Below are positions 1 through 12,835 of a stretch of DNA of 64,000 nucleotides, piece after piece. Position 1 is the first letter of the stretch; each line of letters begins with the position of its first letter. Made by a program: the position numbers and the translations under genes. The stretch is from NCBI GenBank assembly GCA_950097015.1, contig CATNEN010000038.1, forward strand, positions 13,578,001 to 13,642,000. The letters are read 5' to 3'. The stretch comes from Macrostomum hystrix (lineage: Eukaryota; Animalia; Platyhelminthes). Under the pieces are notes generated by a model that ran no database searches, was not told the origin of the DNA, and worked only from the letters and a program-made list of their open reading frames with translations.

Positions 1-3000
1 AGCTTCTGCCGACAGGTCTTCTGACACCTGTCTCGGCTCCGGCAGTTGCCTCCACAACCTCCGCTGCAGCAGCCATTGAAAGCAGCAACAACAGCAGTTT
101 GGCTGACGAATCTGCAGGTGAGTGAGTGTTGCTGTCTGTCTGGCTATCATACTGTCGATATGCGTCATTCTAGCATTCCAATTATTCTTCATAGCCGGAG
201 TCGGCTGGCTATGAATTTCAGCTCCATTGTCTTATCGTTGCACGCATCGCTAGTCGCATCATTGTCTGTTTTCCTGCATGTATACGCTAGCGAATGATGA
301 ATCCGTCGGATTTCTATTCATCGGATAAATTCATCGTGATTTTGCTATGCTTTTTAGAGCCCGAATGGAACCCAAGTTATCTATTGCGATTCTAATGCAC
401 TGAAATTGTCATGCACAAATTTTAACGACTGTCAACCTTAAACCGTCGGGCAGGACAAAGCGACATTTTCGTTGGAGACCTGGCGCCCGAAGTTGAAAAT
501 CATCAACTCCGGGAGGCGTTCGCCGCCTATGGCATTGTCACGTGAGCGATGTTTCAAACACACGGTATGCGGCACGATCAGAAGCGTATTTTAAGACCTA
601 GAATTGAATATCTAAATTTGCAGGGAGTGCAAGATAATCAAGGACATGCACACACAGAAGCCAAAGGGCTATGGCTTTGTGGCGTTCGCCAATCGCGATG
701 ATGCTCAGGAAGCACTACGCGGCATGCAGGGCCGGGTCCTGGGCTCGCGGGCGATTCGCACCAACTGGGCCGTCAGGAAGCCAGCACAGACGCCAGGTTG
801 GTCTGACTGAGTTGGGACGGAGGGAGTTGGGACGGGGCGACCGTTGACAACCAATAAAAAGCGAGCGATCTATACGTCCCCTTCAACAGTGTACATTCAG
901 GCTCGCGAAACTGGGGGTTGGGGCGAGACAACCAATAGAAAGCGATCCATTTCAAGCCACTTCAAAAGCCTAAAAGCCTAATAAAGACCAATCAGAACCG
1001 ATAAAGCGTAAATAATGCAAAATAGAGAATGACTAAACATAATTCCGTTTTAAACACAAATACTAAGATTAGCCTAAACTGGTAAAATAACTGAGTTTTC
1101 TGAGAAGTTCTTGCCTAGTTATTAAGCAAATTCTAGTTTTTTGTGAAAACCTGACACCTGTAAATTATGTATCGATAGGAAATTTGAAGGTACCATATCG
1201 TGGGATATCTGATCACATTATCAAAAAAGGCCAAAACGGATACACTTTCATTCAGCTCATTAGTAAGAGCGACTGTCGCCGCATTCTGCTCATTACGTTG
1301 GACGATACGTCGGCAAGTAGACCTCGGAGATTGTAGGCGCATAATTTTTATCATTAGCGTGCTTGGCGAGCTGAGGTTAGCTGTGTGGTCCTGAGCAGCT
1401 CAACTGAAAGTTAGCCACCCCCATTTCATCCCACCAATCCCACAGTTCGTGTTGCTCCGCCTTCGCTTTGCAATTCTTCCTCCCCCTCTATCTCTTCGCC
1501 TGTCCATCCATCTCTGGAGCCGCAGACGGTCCACAATCGATGGGTCAGTAATTTGGTCATTGGCGGGGCTGGACTAGATCCTGGTGAATGTGGAACCGGG
1601 GTGCAGGATGAGATGAGTGTGCGGTGCAACGATTCAATTCAGCTGGGAGAATCCGCGTCTATTCTCTTGAGACTTGGATGGCATGCGCGCCTGGCTAGCA
1701 AGTTTTGAACTTGGGGATCGGGATTTTGGGGAGTTGAGGATGTGTGGGAAGACTTGAGGATGAAGAGAGAACGACCAGGAACATGTAGTGAGCATCACTT
1801 TCTATCTCCTCTCTTTCTCTCCCTTCAGTTTCAATGGGCTAGCTTCCCTCTGCGGCGCACAATGCGCTAGGACCACACGTGTGTAGGAACAGATTTTGTG
1901 CACTTTCACTCTATTCATTATTAGCAGTATGAAATAGCTAGCTGTTCATGCATGAATACAATCTGAAGGTTTTATGTTTTCTTGATTATAGGTACTTATA
2001 TTCGATCATGTGCATTATCTCACCATAGATATTGACTTTGTCTGACGTCTTGAGGCTCTCTACGATATTCCAAATTCAGCCATAAAAAATACGGTTTGAG
2101 GTGACTCTTGTTAGTTAAGCCATAGACCTTTTCAGATGTATTGAGGCTCCCTACGGAATCGTCATTGAAGCATTTCGGCAAAATTACTCTATAGTCTCTT
2201 TTAAACATTATACTGCATTAAATGATAAGCTGTACGAACAACAAATTAGCACAAATTTTGCCAGCTCTAAAAAACTGGAGAGAATCTGTTCAAATCGACG
2301 CAAGACGGAATTCAATCTTCCAACCAACGAGAGCCTACGTCGACCAGATTCTTGCTGTACTCCAAAAGCTTCGGTGGCGCCTCTGGGCAAATCTGTTACA
2401 CTGAGCTCTTAAGCCTTCTCTGGAGATTTGAAATTAGTTTAAGCTTTAAAAAGCTTCAAATTCGCTATAATTTTTTGACTTACCGGGGCTCAAATCACAG
2501 TGCTACCTACAGTAGGCAGGGAGCTTAGTCAGTGTGCACTGCACCGACAGGCCCCCCAGGGGTTATTTGCCTGTCCCAGCTTCACCCTTCATCTACTGTT
2601 CTGTTCTGATCCCTATACTCCTGGCTCATGGTTTGTCTACATGCTCAGCAACGGTCTGCTCTAACTCGCGCGCTCACACTCACTCCCTCATTCTGCCTCA
2701 TACATTGGGACCATGAGGAACTAGTGGCCTAGTGCTCAAGTAGAGAGAGATTCGATTTTGGCCAGTCAATCATTTCTCTCTCTCTCTCTCTCTCTGACCC
2801 TTTTCTCCTCATGCAGCATGTATTGATATTATGACTACAGTACAACAGTTATTACTCATGCTATACATAAGCTCGGTTATTTACAAATGTAAAAAAGCGC
2901 TAGATCTGACCCAGTAAATTGAAGCAGTCTCTCAGCTCGATAATAATTTTAGCGATGAAATATAGATTTTTATTATTGAATTTGTTAGAAACTGCGGGCC

Positions 3001-6000
3001 GCTAAGCGGATCTGAACTGCTCAAATTTTCGTTTTCATTTTGAGCTCGGATCGATGTTGCGACCGTATGAGCGGTAATGCACAGAATTGCCACAGACAAT
3101 TGCCGCTCCAGAGCAAATTCATAAATAATTATTCTCCCGCAGCTGATCCCAGGCCGTTGGACTATGAGGAGGTCCTACAAGCTGCTTCAGTTTCAAACTG
3201 CACTGTCTATGTTGGTGGCATTGTAAACGGCTTGTGCGGTGAGATTTCAACTGGCGCAAGCTTTCAAAAATACTTTTTTAATTCTAGCCCACTGAGAGCT
3301 CGCAGCGCTCTGGATAGAGCTTCGGATTTCTGACATAGAGGTGGTCGGTAGTTCAAATCTCAGCTATGAATCCAGAAACTGGAGGGACAACTCCCCACCA
3401 AACCCCCCTTTTCCGGACCACTGTAGGCTGACTTGCTGACCTGAAAATACACTAAGCAGATAGGGAATGCTGATGTACTACTTCGAGAAAAAACACTGAC
3501 AACTTCCTTATTGTGTGACATATTTTCAAAATGTTTATTTTATTGGAAAGCTGAATAAATTATCCACGTTTTACCTAAAGCTTGTGTGTCTTACCTGTTT
3601 TAGCTAGTGAGCTTGTGCTCAATGTCTCATTGGGAAACAATCTGTATTGTTGAGACTTTATGCACTTTATTCTCTAGTGCTTCAGTTCACCCAACCAGCA
3701 TCAGCTGGGGTAGAAATTTTTGTGTGGGTGGCCTACCCAGTCCATAGACTGTACGCAGCCTTTGGAAGCTGCGGTGTGCCTGACTGTACATCTGAGCTAA
3801 CTAGTCTAGGAATTTTTCTATGCTTCATTGTTTTATACTAGCAATTGTTCAGAAGGAAAGTAGCTGGAGACAGTAAACTGAATTCAAGGCATCAATCTCA
3901 ACCTTTCCTTCCGCAATGGCCCTGGCAGAGGAGCTAGTTCGCAATGCGTTCAACGAGTTCGGCGAGATTCACGAGGTGCGCATCTTCAAGGACAAGGGTT
4001 ACGCCTTCATTCGATTCGACAATCACGAGGCGGCGGCCAGAGCCATTGTGCAGCGGCACGGCCGCGAGGTCGGCGACCAGGCCTGCAAGTGCTCCTGGGG
4101 CAAGGAGTGCAATTTAGGCGGCAGCGGCGTCGGCAAAACGGAGTCTGGCGTTGCGGCTGCGGCTGCTGCTACTGGGGTGAGTTCTGTTCTCACCAGCTCG
4201 ACTGTGGGTTTCACTACGTTAGAGTTTAAGTTATGTAAATAGCCAGATGGAATTAAAACTCAACTGGCATATCTTCTCTCCATATTTGTTTGAAAAGAGC
4301 AAACGTCAAAACAAACATTGATTCGATTTAAACTGCCGACGCGTTTCGTCCAAAGCGGACATCTTCAGGGCAAACAAACCAACGAAAAACACAACCGAAA
4401 ATGTATTTAAATTGAATCGGAAAAATATTGAGCGAACAAAAACAAACAGAAGGAACGAAGAAGCATGTACATGCTGTAAACTTTTATAACAACGAACCAA
4501 TCAGTGAAGAGGTTGCATCCACCTCACCACCGCGCACAACGAGATCTAAAAAAATTCTGAGTTGCTGCTCGTTGGTTCGTGATTGGTTCGTTGTTATAAA
4601 AGTTTACAGCATGTACATGCTTCTTCGTTCCTTCTGTTTGTTTTTGTTCGCTCAATATTTTTCCGATTCAATTTAAATACATTTTCGGTTGTGTTTTTCG
4701 TTGGTTTGTTTGCCCTGAAGATGTCCGCTTTGGACGAAACGCGTCGGCAGTTTAAATAGAATCAATGTTTGTTTTGACGTTTGCTCTTTTGCTACTTTTA
4801 AAGCGAGCTACATTACCACAATATTTGTTTTAATTCTTGAAGACTTCGCCTGGCTTATTCGGTTACTATGGCAACCCAGGCGCAGCCGCAGCAGCCGTGG
4901 CGGCCGCAGCGGCGACTGTATCGATGAACCAGACGGCCCTGACCGGAGCAATGCATCACATTCCAACGCAGTCCTGCTATTCGAATGCGCTACTTCCGCC
5001 TACGACTCCGCTCAGTCAGCAGCAGCAGCAGCTGCTTCAGCTGGCGGCCTATCAGCACGCGACGCATCAGCAGCCGCAGCCGCAAAGGCCGGCAGTGCCG
5101 CCGTTCGCCCAGCCCGCGTTGGGCTACGGCAGCTACTGCCTGCCTGCTAGCTACTCAGCGAGGTAACTGTTGAATCCTCGATTATAGCGAGATATATTTT
5201 ACTAAAAGCTTGAAATTACCATCTATTTCTGTCTTTCCATCCATTCCGTATCTTGAAATGCGTGCTCTTTACATGCTACCCAGTTGAAGAGTAGCTTAAA
5301 GGAATGTTAACCACTAAAAAAATTGTTTAGCGCACGCGTGCGGGGGCAGCGAGATTGAACGGCAGGACAGACAGAGGGGCGGCTTAAAAACCCCGCCCGC
5401 GCGCACAGGCGGAGGAAGGGGTGGGGGTTAACACACTTTACCCAGAGAGCCCGCAGAGCAGGCCCTGAGTAAAGTACACATTATCGGAATGAGAATATCC
5501 AAAAGGACCCTTGTTTACGTTAACCCCTCTTACCCCGATAGACTGAATTTGACACCTCATCATGCCAACCACCAATTCACATTCGGTGTTTAGTGTTGAC
5601 CTTATTTTCCTAACCCTCTAAGCACAATGCCCGTTACCCAGAACCAATCGCCTCACCTAGCGCCTTTACGTAACCTTTCTTTACTCCGAGACACCCAGCT
5701 TACATCCCAGCCCATTCTCGTTCTTTCTTGATGACACGCTTTCCGCATTCACACCCACCGATTGTGGCCCATCTCCTTAATTGTTCTTAGCCCTCACAAC
5801 GAATCCGTGTAAAAGCTAAGCATTTAACCTGTTATCGGACAACTGACAGCGGTTCCGCAGCAGCCCTCTTCGGTAGCAACAGTGGCGCGACTTTCTGCCA
5901 CTATCCAATCGTGCAGCCACTGCCGCCTCAGTTGGGCCAAGTTAACTCAGTGGCTGGCCGCCCGCTGCATGCTCTGAATCACCACCAGCAGCAGCAGCAG

Positions 6001-6057
6001 CAGCAGCATCAATTCGTGCCGAATCCAAATGTTGCCTCGTTTCAACCCGCTATTTAA
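1..6057 (+). CDS. TIA1: TIA-1/TIAR (nucleolysin) family RRM protein, 5'-partial; exons <1-117, 454-541, 624-796, 3143-3238, 3929-4176, 4843-5162, 5850-6057
   Basis: Phase-consistent GT-AG splicing gives RRM2 (IFVGDLAPEV...KPKGYGFVAF...RAIRTNWAVRKP), RRM3 (NCTVYVGGI...FKDKGYAFIRF...KCSWGKE) and a Q/P/Y-rich tail ending at TAA 6055-6057. TIA1 and TIAL1 cannot be distinguished. Confidence 0.92.
2215..2400 (+). mobile_element. Degraded non-LTR retrotransposon RT fragment
   Basis: ISCTNNKLAQIL...FQPTRAYVDQILA resembles LMSCAAKLFNRVL...FRPRRGTVTQILA of the LINE at 58841-61890. Confidence 0.4.
3678..3790 (+). mobile_element. Partial SINE copy (same family as 48847-49123)
   Basis: Shares tgcttcagttcaccca...ccagcatcagctggg...cccagtccat(a/g)gactg with the full copy. 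Confidence 0.6.
4334..4372 (-). ncRNA. Minimal type I hammerhead ribozyme, mirror copy on the minus strand
   Basis: Exact reverse complement of 4711-4749. Confidence 0.8.
4711..4749 (+). ncRNA. Minimal type I hammerhead ribozyme (Penelope-type)
   Basis: UGCC-CUGAAGA-U-GUCC-gcuuu-GGAC-GAAA-CGCG-UC-GGCA: stem I UGCC/GGCA, intact core, stem II GUCC/GGAC, palindromic stem III ACGCGU, and a GUC cleavage triplet at 4743-4745. Confidence 0.85.
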
Positions 6058-6334
6058 ACAACTGGCGACTATTCAGGTGTACGTGTGGTTATGTGTTCGT
6101 GTTTCGTGTCTTTGTGTTCGCCAGTTGTAATAAGTGTATTATTCATCATTAAAGTGCTACCAATGCATCCGTTTTTTATCATGGAGTTTCACGCTAAAGT
6201 TTATAACGCGTTGTGGCTCAGTGAGTGGTAACTTTTTATAGTAGTTCTTCATCTGAATTTCGATCCGTTTGCAGTGTCTTTAATCCTACTTTTTCATACT
6301 TTAGACACATATCACACACCATCCCCTCTCCTGA

Positions 6335-6630
6335 CGAACTATTTTCCAAACCCTCCAGACCCGCATCGCTCTATCCACTCTACTGAGCAATTATTTTCCT
6401 AACCCTTCAGACCCCACATCGCTCTATCCACACTACGGAGCAATTATTTTCCTAACCCTCCAGACTCCACATTACTCTTTCCCCTATCCTGAGCAATTAT
6501 TTTCCTAACCCTCCAGACCCCACATTACTCTTTCCCCTATCCTGAGCAATTATTTTCCTAACCCTCCAGACCCCACATTGCTCTATCCACTCTACTGAGC
6601 AATTATTTTCCAAACCCTCCAGACCCAACA
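6335..6630. repeat. 53-bp minisatellite, about 5.5 copies
   Basis: Unit gagcaattattttcctaaccctccagaccccacattactctttcccctatcct; period 6385 to 6438. Confidence 0.9.
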
Positions 6631-8094
6631 TCACACTTCACCCTCTCATAATATTTTAAATGTTTTAAGCCTATTTCGACCCGTAATTGCGATGCATCGT
6701 TCTGTTCATGGTGAGATTGAAAAGCATTGTGAAGAGCAGACATTTTTATCGGATTTTATTGCTTACTTTAGCCGGGATTTTTTTGCACACAGCAAGCAAT
6801 CTCTTGACTTAAGGCTGTTACATAGACTAATATGCTTGTTAGTTTTTAGTAGCATATTAGTTGTCATGTTCACAAGCCGTTTGTACCGTGGTTACTTCTG
6901 TTGGGAATCAAGGTTCTTTGGTCCACTAAAACAAAAATCTTTTTTAAACATAAAAATGAACTAAATTTCATTTGGTTATTATTTTTCGTGTCACTAGAAG
7001 ATGTTGGTTTTTTGTTACATTTTTAACAAATTCTAGCCAAATGTTTCCATGTTTTCAAACAAATTACTTTCTGTAAACAAACTATATGGAATACTAAGAC
7101 TTGAACTTGTGTTCTCTCTGATGGCAGTTTGTTCTAGCAGTCTCTAGGCAACGCCTAGGCTTTGAGTCAATTATTCAATTTATCAAAATAAGCAATAGCA
7201 ATAGAAAAAATGATCACTAAAAAGTAAACAACTCAAAGTGATTAGGCTTTAGGAAATGTAATTGATAAAAAGAATTTTTATGAAATAAACGTCTGACGCC
7301 ATGTTAAACTTTTGTGTTTGCGATCGCTAGATAAATTAAAGTAACATTTTCCGACTTTCTTTGTTATTTCTCATGACATTGTTTTATCAGAGCTGCGTCC
7401 TGTTGTTTGCTTCGAAAGAAAAACAGAAAAATCTAATTTTTTGCGTCAGTTAATAGAAAAATCTATTAACGACACTGTTTTTAGAGAGAAAACTGTAAGC
7501 AACAGTCTCCCTTAGATATTGCACAGTAACAAGATCAATAGAATTTATTATATATGCGCTAATAGATTCATGCAAAGCTTATTTGAGTTTTTGTCTGTAG
7601 AAATTGCAAACTCAAAATTACGCTCAAATCTAATAACTAATAGCGACACGTTGCTTATAAGTAAAAAAGGAAAATAAAGCGTTTGAGAAGGGTTCACATT
7701 TTTCGCCAAGAATAATACATTCATGCGCAGAGAAAGGGGAACTGTGGAGAAGAAGAGAGGGAAGGGATAGTAACGGGAGAAAAATATAAAACTGAAGTGA
7801 GGAAGACAACGCTACTTTGTAAATAATATTAGGAAGATAGATTTTGGAAGACGAGGGTTAAAGAGTTTGACCAATTGAGTAAAAAACTAATCAGAAATAT
7901 AAATTATACGGCTAAAATAAATATATTCACTCTTGAAGCCAATTCAGACAAACAAACCATAGCAAAAATATAAGTTGCGAATTAAAGAGGAAATATTATA
8001 GGTGATCAGATTCGTAATTAATACTAAAACGCGGGCATAAACGTAGAGCCTCCCTCATTCTCATTCCGTGCACCGCGATTTTGTTGTCAACAGC

Positions 8095-11000
8095 TCAATT
8101 AAACAGGAGATCTCCGTAGCAGCTGAGCAGCTGCACAATGCTGGTGGCGTACCGGTTGAAAGTGCGCACAACCCGACTGCGCTGGGCTCGCTCGAAGTTG
8201 GAATTGGCCATCTCGTAGTAGCCACCGTCGGCTAGGGTTAGCGAGTGCAGGAACGGGCACCGGGTTCTGTGGAGGCGAGCGATCAACGAAAATCCTACCA
8301 AACATTTATCAAAACAGGCTAAACATCTACGCTCCTATGTTAGGTTAGGTTAAATATTCATGTCCCTAATCAATCTCACATCTGCAATCTCATCAACTCT
8401 CAGTTTTTCGGTAAAGCATCAACGCCGCTTTGTGAAAAATCTATGTTCCAGGAACAGAACTTACAAGTCTTGTGACTTTTGCGATTGCTACGGAACATCG
8501 AAGTAGCTACGTGAAACATCGACGTTGCTAACATTGTGAAACATCAGCGCAGCTACGTGCAACATCGATGTGGTTACGTGAAACATGTACATTCCCAGGT
8601 AAGCATATTCGTTTATAAGGCTCCATCTACATAAACAGAATATACTCCAGTGTTTAATACAATACTCAGACGTCAATAATCGTTGATTTCTCTCCAAGCG
8701 CAAATAGTATTCCTTAGTACACTAGCTCAGATTCTCAGTCAATGTTTACTTTCTAAGATTCTTAAACGCTTTCTCTCCACTGCAAGTAGTTGATGAAGAC
8801 CATTTGCATGTATTCACATACCTGATATCGTCTATGAATTTCCCACTCTTGTGGCTGAATCTGATTGTCGTGATGTCCCATTGGATCTCAAGCCGTTCCA
8901 ACCTAGGGCAGTGGCTAGCGAAAGCATTGATCACTTGATCGATGTGCACTTTGGTGTTTAGCTCAAAGTACCAGCCATCCTTTTGGCCGAGGGTGCAGAT
9001 TCTGCATGAGTTCGGTAGATTAATTTTGAGAATTTACGATAAAAAAATTTCAGGCACGTGTGTGAGGTGAGGTTTGGATTCAGAGAGCATCAAGGGCTGG
9101 GAATGGGCCGGGTGCAAGCGAAGTGAAGGTCTAAAATAAGATAAACTTAAGGGGCGGCAAATGGCATGGTACCATGAATATATTCGAACTTGAAATAGCT
9201 CAATCTACAATACATTTTTTATACAAGCTCCAAGAGAAGACGGGTATGATCCAAGTGTCCAGACGAATGGAATAGGTCCCGATTTTCATGACTTACTTAA
9301 TGTTCTTCAGCAGCGGTATGTTGGCAGTCCAGAAGAACTCGTTAAGCAGCGGCTTGCCATGCAGCATTAGGCCCAGCAGTTGGGGTCCGAAGCGCTTCAG
9401 AAATTTGCCAATTACCGGCTCTGTCAGGTTGCACGTATAGCTGATGTCTATGGCGCGAAGATTGCGTATGTTGCCGTTCTCCATTATCTTCTCCATCACC
9501 TTTTTGGTGTTTGGTGTTATACGTAAATTGACGATTGCTTATTTTTCGCTCAAGTGCAAAACACGTATAGACGAGCGAATTTCACTCACAGCATCAGTAA
9601 AGAAGTCGCAGTAACCAACTGCCAGATACTCCAGCGAAGGAATTCTAGTCAGGACATTCTCCAGACACTTGGCTGAGAGCTCCGTGGACGTTATGTCCAA
9701 CTCTTTAACGTGCGTGTGCTCCCAGTCAACCGCCATCATGTGTGCGTCTACGAGCTCTTTAGGGGAAGAAAGGTTATAGTTTAAAAGAATATAATATCCC
9801 ACGTGAAAATCAGAGATTTTTGAAGCAACTACCAAGTACCTACCACAGTGATGCAGCAGCAATGTTTTAATCTTCTTGCATTTCTCCAGCAGGTTCTTCA
9901 ACGAAGAGCCGGTGACCTTGATGCAGAAATTCAGGGCTACACATTCCAGGTGCACGCAATTGAAGGACAGCAGTTCCACATGGGAATCGTCAACAAACAT
10001 CACGCCGTAGAGGTTCACAACACGCAGGTTAGGTGTGTGAGCTTTGATTTTGCTGATGTTGATTACCTCGTAGATTTCTTCTTCCTCTTCGGAGCTCTGC
10101 TCAAATGTACCTGAAGTGACGGAATTGGAATAGACTTGATTTGAAAGTAACGGAAGAAAAGCGTGAAATCTACGTTCTTAGGTGAAGAATCTCAGAGAGA
10201 CTTTGAAACTAAACAATAATGTTCTTTATTACCAGACTCACCAACCAGATGCAGCACCTGTACGGTGGACAGACAGTGATAGATCTTGCGCATCAGGCCC
10301 TCCATGAAGATTACGTCACTCAGACAGACACACAGGTAGTAAAGGTTAGCGGGAAAGTCTACCAGGTCATTGTAGTCGTGCAGCTGCATGGCCTTACTGA
10401 AATCCAGGGTCATGTGGCGCAAATTGACGCACTGCCTGGCGATTTCCTCGAGAACTGGCACCGTGATCAGCTCGCAGGGCAGGTCGATGCTGCGCAGCGC
10501 GGTGGAGAACCTGGAACCGATCAGGTCGACGAACTGGGCGACGTTGGACACAGAGAGTCCGCCGAACTCAGGCCTTAGACGCAGATTGGCCCAGAGGCTG
10601 CCGTCGTAGGCCAGCTCTCGCCAGCCTTTGCTCACTAGACAGACTCGGCAGAGCTCGGAGTGAGTCAAGTAGCTAAACACTTTGATCATCAGCTTAGTGG
10701 GCAAGTCGGCAAAGGTTAGAGAGCTCTGTTGCATTCAATGGAAAAGGAGGTTGAAGTTATTATAGATTATTCCAGATAAGGATGTTTCTCTTTGAGATAC
10801 TCTGATCTACGTTCTGTGTGCTGCCCGCCTGGTTTCACATTCGGTTGGCTTGCACTTTTCGCTCTTGTGGATTTTTTTACAGGCAATAGATTGAGCGAGT
10901 GACGCATGATGGAACGGGATGCGCTCCGCAAGGATCCGGATGTGCACGTTGCGGGTGTACTCGTAGATGTCGAGATTACAATTTACTCTGGGCAAAAGTC

Positions 11001-11190
11001 ATAATGCATCATAAATGCCTTAGCTGATGATAACACAGTAGCCGAAATTCAATACAATTTAGTGTGTCCATAAGGGACGCCAGGGTAGATTGCGTACTAC
11101 TGATCCTACCTCGTATCTGTCGTCAACCAGGCCGTGTTTGTACTCCTCCATGCCCCTAGTGATTTCATAGACTGTCATTCGACGGGACAT
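8095..11190 (-). CDS. F-box/leucine-rich repeat (FBXL-type) protein, about 517 aa; exons 11190-11110 (tentative), 10725-10242, 10110-9844, 9756-9590, 9499-9297, 9001-8822, 8266-8095
   Basis: F-box motif LPTKLMIKVFSYL...VCLVSKGWRELAYDGSLW is followed by cysteine-containing LRRs (LECVALNFCIKVT, LRAIDISYTCNLT). All junctions are GT-AG and phase-consistent. The first coding exon is uncertain (alternative 12993-12934). Confidence 0.88.
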
Positions 11191-12349
11191 TGTACTCGTA
11201 GCTTTTGATCTTTGTGTTCTTTATAAACCTGTAGAGAAGCTCCTCAGATCCGATCGCGGCATCGCCTACATTGGGCTGGCCACACTCTTTAGGAGAGAGC
11301 CTGGTTTCCTTCAGGGCAGCGAAAATAAACTGGAACTGGAAGCAGGCCCACAGACGCAGCACCAATCGCTGGCTTCCTCACTCTGGTCCACATCGTTTGC
11401 CCTGACCCAGAGGCGGTAGGAAGACTACAGCTAGCAGAAAACATAGCAAGAAATCAGAGCTATAGAGAAAGCTAGCACCTTGCAAAGGAAGGTAGGTGGG
11501 CAGAGGAAGGGCCAGCGGAAGAGATCTGTGCGCTTGTATAAACCTTCAAGGAGAGATGCGGAAGAACTTAACTTGTAGATCGTTCGTTTAGTTATCTCGA
11601 CCAAAGCCAGAACCCGCAGCATCCCAGCTCTCGTGACCTCGGCCTTCGTCCCTTCCACTCTCGTTTCCCATTGGAATGCGCATTCCCAAACAGCGCAGCC
11701 TCGTGACTGAATAACACCGGCTAAAAGTGCACTCGGGAAAGAAAATCCGTTAACAATGCCTGGTCCTGCCAGTCACTTTCAAATCGCCTTTTGCCTTTTG
11801 ACAGCTTCCAGGTTGAAGCTCTTAATCATCATATAATAGTTAGTGTATTTGCTAACTCGAAAAATTTTACAACAGGTGAACTGCAGGCAGAAAAGTAGTG
11901 CGTAAGGCATATTAGTGGATTGCAGTTAACCCCATTTTTCGAGTTATCCTCGTGAATTTCCCGGGCAAGTCGCACACAGCATTCGCTACTGGCAAGTAGT
12001 ATACTGTTTAAATTAAAGAAAGAGCCCTGTATACGTAATTATCAATATCTAAAAACTTCAGCCATTTTAATCTAACATTCTAGAATTTGGGTTTGTATTC
12101 AATATTGTTGGAAACATTCACTGAACTGTAAAGGGCGACTTTCTTACTGAAAATGCGTAAATAAGCCTTGATTACGAGACAGAAATTTAGTGCAGTGCAA
12201 ATTCGCCACGATAATAGACAGGGTGTAATATTACAAGGTAATGCCCGTCTAACACAGGGTTGTAACCTGTTAGCTATCTAAGGATATATACTAAGATTTA
12301 TTATGATTATGTACATGACTAGTAAGGAAAGATTATGTCTTTCCTTAGA

Positions 12350-12835
12350 CTATGCCAGTCTAACAGACGGTTATACCTGTCTAAAGGATGGTTATACCAG
12401 TCTAACAGATGGTTATACCTGTCTAACAGACGGTTATACCTGTCTAAAGGATGGTTATACCAGTCTAACAGACGGTTATACCTGTCTAAAGGATGGTTAT
12501 ACCAGTCTAACAGATGGTTATACCTGTCTAAAAGATGGTTATACCAGTCTAACACAAGGTTATACCAGTCTAACAGACGGTTATAACAGTCTAACACAAG
12601 GTTATATCAGTCTAACAGATGGTTATGACAGTCTAACACAAGGTTATACCAGTCTAACAGACGGTTATAACAGTCTAACACAAGGTTATATCAGTCTAAC
12701 AGATGGTTATGACAGTCTAACACAAGGTTATACCAGTCTAACAGACGGTTATAACAGTCTAACACAAGGTTATATCAGTCTAACAGATGGTTATGACAGT
12801 CTAACACAAGGTTATATCAGTCTAACAGATGGTTA
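12350..12835. repeat. 21-bp minisatellite (ggttataccagtctaacagac), about 23 copies
   Basis: Visible tandem array; it produces the spurious 7-aa repeat ORF 12303-12860. Confidence 0.95.

Larger units (their letters stand above)
4293..4790. mobile_element. 211-bp inverted repeat (arms 4293-4503 and 4580-4790, 76-nt spacer); likely inverted Penelope-like pseudo-LTR pair
   Basis: The arms are reverse complements with one mismatch seen. Each arm carries a Penelope-type hammerhead motif. No TSD found. Confidence 0.8.

Noticed and set aside
3290-3365. tRNA gene
   Set aside because: Only degenerate A/B-box similarity with no cloverleaf; probably an old SINE head.
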